The notes beneath the pieces are model-generated. The model ran no database searches. It was not told the origin of the DNA and saw only the letters and a program-made list of their open reading frames with translations. A DNA stretch of 64,000 nt, from assembly GCA_949282205.1 (NCBI GenBank), contig CASDOS010000059.1:77922-141921 (forward strand), read 5' to 3'. The position numbers were made by a program, and so were the translations under genes. This DNA is from an uncultured Alphaproteobacteria bacterium. Its GTDB lineage: Bacteria > Pseudomonadota > Alphaproteobacteria > RF32 > CAG-239. Positions 60,632 to 64,000 of this stretch are shown here, piece after piece. The number at the start of each line of letters is the position of its first letter. Position 1 is the stretch's first letter.

Positions 60632-61714
60632 ATGCCCAAAGCAAACAATGCAAAAAAAATAATATTTACCGGAGGAGGTTCCGCCGGTCATGTAACATTA
60701 AATTTAGCCCTGATACCATGGTTTATTGAAAAAGGTTGGACAATATCATATATCGGTTCCCAAGGAGGGATGGAGCAGGAGTTGGTAGCGAAGTTTCCGG
60801 AAGTAAAATATTATGGTATATTGACTGGGAAATTGCGCCGTTATTTTTCATGGCAAAATTTCTTAGATATGATAAAGATACCTCTGGGATGCATACAAGC
60901 AATCGCGTTGGTGCGTAAATTGAATCCGGATATTATTTTTTCCAAAGGCGGATTTGTATCATTTCCGGTCGTGATAGGAGGATATATCAATCGTAAAAAG
61001 ATATTTATGCATGAATCGGATATAACTCCTGGGCTTGCGAATAAGATGAGTTTACCGTTTGTGAGTACTTTTTACACGACATTTCCGGAAACGGAGAAGT
61101 ATGTAAAAAACAAACAAAAAGTACGTTGTGTCGGTCCCGTTCTGTCAGATAGGTTATTTAACGGCAGTCGGGAAAGAGGCGCGGAGTATGCGAAGTTAGA
61201 CGTTTCCAAGCCGACAATTATGGTGATAGGCGGGAGTTTAGGCGCCAAGAGTTTAAATGACGCGGTAGAGAAGAATTTTGAAGCAATTTTGAATAAATAT
61301 CAACTGATACATATTTCGGGTAAAAACGGCTACAATGCAAAATTGCATCATAAAGGATATCAGCAATATGAATATGTGGATGCGGAGCTAAAAGACTTAA
61401 TGGCGTTGGCGGATATAGTGGTATCGCGCGCCGGATCAAATTCGATTTTTGAATTGGCGAGTTTGCATAAACCGATGATACTGGTACCGTTACCTGCGAA
61501 ATCATCACGAGGGGAACAAAGCCTGAACGCTCAGAGCTTTGTTGATAAAGGCTATGCGGAAATCATCAAAGACGAAGACATCGCGAATCCGGATATATTG
61601 TTACCGATGTTAGACAAGGTATATCAAAATCGCGAAGAATATAGTCGCAACATGGCACAAAATCCTGTAAAAATAACCACCAATAATGCGTTATGTGAAG
61701 ACATATGCCGATGA
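60632..61714 (+). CDS. murG: MurG N-acetylglucosaminyltransferase
   Basis: TGGGSAGH, SKGGFVS, HES, GGSLGA, SRAGSN, EQ..NA. Confidence 0.95.
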   Translation: MPKANNAKKIIFTGGGSAGHVTLNLALIPWFIEKGWTISYIGSQGGMEQELVAKFPEVKYYGILTGKLRRYFSWQNFLDMIKIPLGCIQAIALVRKLNPDIIFSKGGFVSFPVVIGGYINRKKIFMHESDITPGLANKMSLPFVSTFYTTFPETEKYVKNKQKVRCVGPVLSDRLFNGSRERGAEYAKLDVSKPTIMVIGGSLGAKSLNDAVEKNFEAILNKYQLIHISGKNGYNAKLHHKGYQQYEYVDAELKDLMALADIVVSRAGSNSIFELASLHKPMILVPLPAKSSRGEQSLNAQSFVDKGYAEIIKDEDIANPDILLPMLDKVYQNREEYSRNMAQNPVKITTNNALCEDICR

Positions 61715-61801
61715 TAAGCGAAGATAAGCAGTAAATCCGAGAAAAAGGCGAGGGAACAAATCTCTCGCTTTAATATTGATGTGTAAGTTAAGAAAAAAAA
61801 C

Positions 61802-63142
61802 TTATTTTTTAAGTTTAGACCATCCCTTTGCAGCTCTGGAATAAACAAATCCCCGACCTTTACGTCGTGTATTTTCATTAGGTAGGCAGATAATACCGCA
61901 AACGGAGGCCTTTTTACAACCGGTAATTTCAGGAGCTGTAAATTTCTTTTTAAGCAAGAAGCATCTGGCCATGTCGGCCATAATACGCGCTTCCATATAT
62001 TGCCCGTTAATAGAATAATCATCGGTGAGAGAGGCATAAAATTTCTCACCGCGCAACCGTTGACGAATAGTTTCGGCAAATTGAGCGTGCTGAGGCAAAA
62101 CTAAACCGCGTCCCGTGAGTAAGCTGATAAAATCCCGATAGATAAGCGGATTTTTCCACCCCCCGCCAAACATTAAAAAATAGCGAGGAAAATCAAGTTT
62201 TTCAGGAATAAATCTCAAACTTAAAAAGACGATATAAGCCGCAAAGTACTCAACCGTACGCAAAATATCGACTTCAGCCAGCGGATAATTTTTAAGTCTT
62301 TCTTCCATACAATACAGGTGCGGACCGGAAGATTTAGGCGGTAAAATATCAAAATAATTATCGCCGTTAGAGGTCAAAGCGGCTTCATTATATAAATCAT
62401 TAAGCAACATACTGTTGATATGTCCCTCAAGAGCAAGTTTTCCGTTTTCATCAAAATCTTTATCAAAGAAAGCACGAGCAAGAAAATCGACATAATGATT
62501 AAACGGTCCGCAATCAAAGCCAAGAATTTTTTTATGTAAAGTATCACCGCTAGTAATAACGGCAATATTAGCGGAATTTCCGCCGTTTATAAAGCAAATC
62601 GGAAACATACCGCGTCTAGCCAGAGTATAACTGAGGTGAAGATTATGCATTGGCGCCAAAGGAGCACCTTCACCACCGTTAAAAATATCATCGGAGCGAA
62701 AATCATAAATAACAGGTAAACCGATTTTTTTAGCCAAAGAAGGGGCGTCAAAAATTTGAGTAGTAAAAGGTTCCGAGCCATGAGCAAGGGAAGGTGGATT
62801 ATGTTCCCCGCAAGATTGCCCATGAAGGCCGATAGCAGCGATTTGAGATTTTTCAATTTCAGATTTTTCGATTAATTTATTGACCGTAAGAGCGACCAAA
62901 TCGGTATATTCCGACAAAGCGTTTTTAAAAAGCGGCAATTTGGCAACTTTAGTCATATCGGAATGTAAATCGGTAACAATATGTCGCAACTCAAGCATAT
63001 TTTGCCTAAGTTTCGGAGGATACGGGATTGAAATAGCATCAATATCGCGAATATCTCCTTTATCTGAAAAATCCGTCATAACCGCATCGACACCATCTAA
63101 CGAATTTCCGGTCATTACACCGACAGTAATCATAGCCATCAC
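61802..63142 (-). CDS. anmK: Anhydro-N-acetylmuramic acid kinase
   Basis: GVMTGNSLDGVD, GLHGQ, DFRSDD...GGEGAPLAP, GFDCGP.N, PPKS.G. Confidence 0.92.
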   Translation of the reverse strand: MMAMITVGVMTGNSLDGVDAVMTDFSDKGDIRDIDAISIPYPPKLRQNMLELRHIVTDLHSDMTKVAKLPLFKNALSEYTDLVALTVNKLIEKSEIEKSQIAAIGLHGQSCGEHNPPSLAHGSEPFTTQIFDAPSLAKKIGLPVIYDFRSDDIFNGGEGAPLAPMHNLHLSYTLARRGMFPICFINGGNSANIAVITSGDTLHKKILGFDCGPFNHYVDFLARAFFDKDFDENGKLALEGHINSMLLNDLYNEAALTSNGDNYFDILPPKSSGPHLYCMEERLKNYPLAEVDILRTVEYFAAYIVFLSLRFIPEKLDFPRYFLMFGGGWKNPLIYRDFISLLTGRGLVLPQHAQFAETIRQRLRGEKFYASLTDDYSINGQYMEARIMADMARCFLLKKKFTAPEITGCKKASVCGIICLPNENTRRKGRGFVYSRAAKGWSKLKK

Positions 63143-63308
63143 TCCTCAAACATAACGATATAAGAAGCATACAAGCAAAATATTAATATAGATTTAAGCA
63201 AGAAAAGGAAAAAATAGAAATCTGTCGGATTAGATATTGACAAAAAAGTCTATAAGATTATACTCAACGCGATATTTTATTTTTATGAACAATTAAACTG
63301 TAATTATT

Positions 63309-64000
63309 ATGAAAAGAAGAGCTTTAGCTATGCTAACGGTCATAGCCTGCGTAATCATGATGTTATCCTGTGCAACGGGAAGAGGAGCAATCGGAGAAGG
63401 AATCTATTGCTTTACGGACGAAAAGAGTAATCTTCAAGGTATCAAAAACCAAAAAGGTGATATATTGATACCGGCGTATGCGGAAGAAATACTGAGTGAT
63501 GGAGAACTAATCATTTGTTTCTCGCCGGCAGGGCAGGGAATGATATATAAAATGAATGGAGAGCCATTGTTTTATGAAGAGTTCGACCAGATTGAAGACC
63601 GAGGTGAAATACTAATATGTCAGCACTGTCGTGACAAATATGTATATATATATGAGAACAAAATGCGCTTAGGCCCCTTATCACCCTGTCATATCAGTTT
63701 TGTAAACAACGCGGTTATACTAAGTTCGAAGTATGAAGTGAAGGTATATAATTTCAATGAAGCCGAGATAGAAGAAATTATGTATAAAGCGCCATACGGA
63801 GAACGACAAACATTTTCGTGGATAGGCCCGGACAAACGGATGCTAAGCGGTATGGTTATCGGAAGTCACATATATGCCATACGAGAAGAAACAGCGACGT
63901 GTGTAAATTCAGACTTTAACGCGATGGTCTGTAAGACGCCGCAAGGAGAAGCGTATGGGGAAGATAACGGAGATTTCTGGACATTTTTCACGCCATCGAG
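63309..64000 (+). CDS. Putative lipoprotein with WG-like repeats (partial, runs off right edge)
   Basis: Manual translation MKRRALAMLTVIACVIMMLSC... (lipobox), QGIKNQKGDILIP; open to the window end. Promoter candidate TTGACA at about 63237. Confidence 0.75.
   Translation, partial: MKRRALAMLTVIACVIMMLSCATGRGAIGEGIYCFTDEKSNLQGIKNQKGDILIPAYAEEILSDGELIICFSPAGQGMIYKMNGEPLFYEEFDQIEDRGEILICQHCRDKYVYIYENKMRLGPLSPCHISFVNNAVILSSKYEVKVYNFNEAEIEEIMYKAPYGERQTFSWIGPDKRMLSGMVIGSHIYAIREETATCVNSDFNAMVCKTPQGEAYGEDNGDFWTFFTPS

Overview
Chromosomal window of a low-GC Gram-negative bacterium, probably a gut-type Alphaproteobacterium (lpxI-lpxB-comEC, alpha-type tRNA-Met genes, DUF2924/DUF6362-type prophage); the taxonomy is inferred, not measured. 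(1) 1-~9.5 kb is the end of a prophage lying just 3' of tRNA-fMet. It carries DUF2924, a large serine recombinase, a sigma-like HTH, a replication-type protein, a DUF6362-like regulator, a MetK-like SAM synthetase and a ParB-fused DNA methyltransferase. An AT-rich Lamassu-like nuclease + Rad50/SMC ATPase pair sits directly against a lambda-like cos site. (2) ~9.7-27 kb is mostly housekeeping (lpxI, lpxB, comEC, accC, accB, tRNA-Phe, htpG) plus orphan surface or secreted proteins. (3) ~27.3-37.9 kb is the most unusual part. It holds a ~770-aa protein with two HEPN-like RxxxxH motifs and a stand-alone tail-fibre/holin/spanin cluster. A tRNA-Met-anchored mosaic island follows, with a GH108 muramidase, paralogous putative immunity genes with conserved ends and swapped cores, a candidate three-way-junction RNA, att-like repeats and an ATPase-DUF234 gene. 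The tail/lysis cluster and the GH108 gene share a 17-bp palindromic promoter element and a three-hairpin leader. This suggests a dispersed, antitermination-controlled, phage-derived toxin or particle regulon. (4) ~38-64 kb is mostly housekeeping (RND pump with a disrupted permease, MATE, rnhA, lemA, slyX, thrS, rmuC, murG, anmK). All family assignments come from motif recognition by eye; no searches were run.
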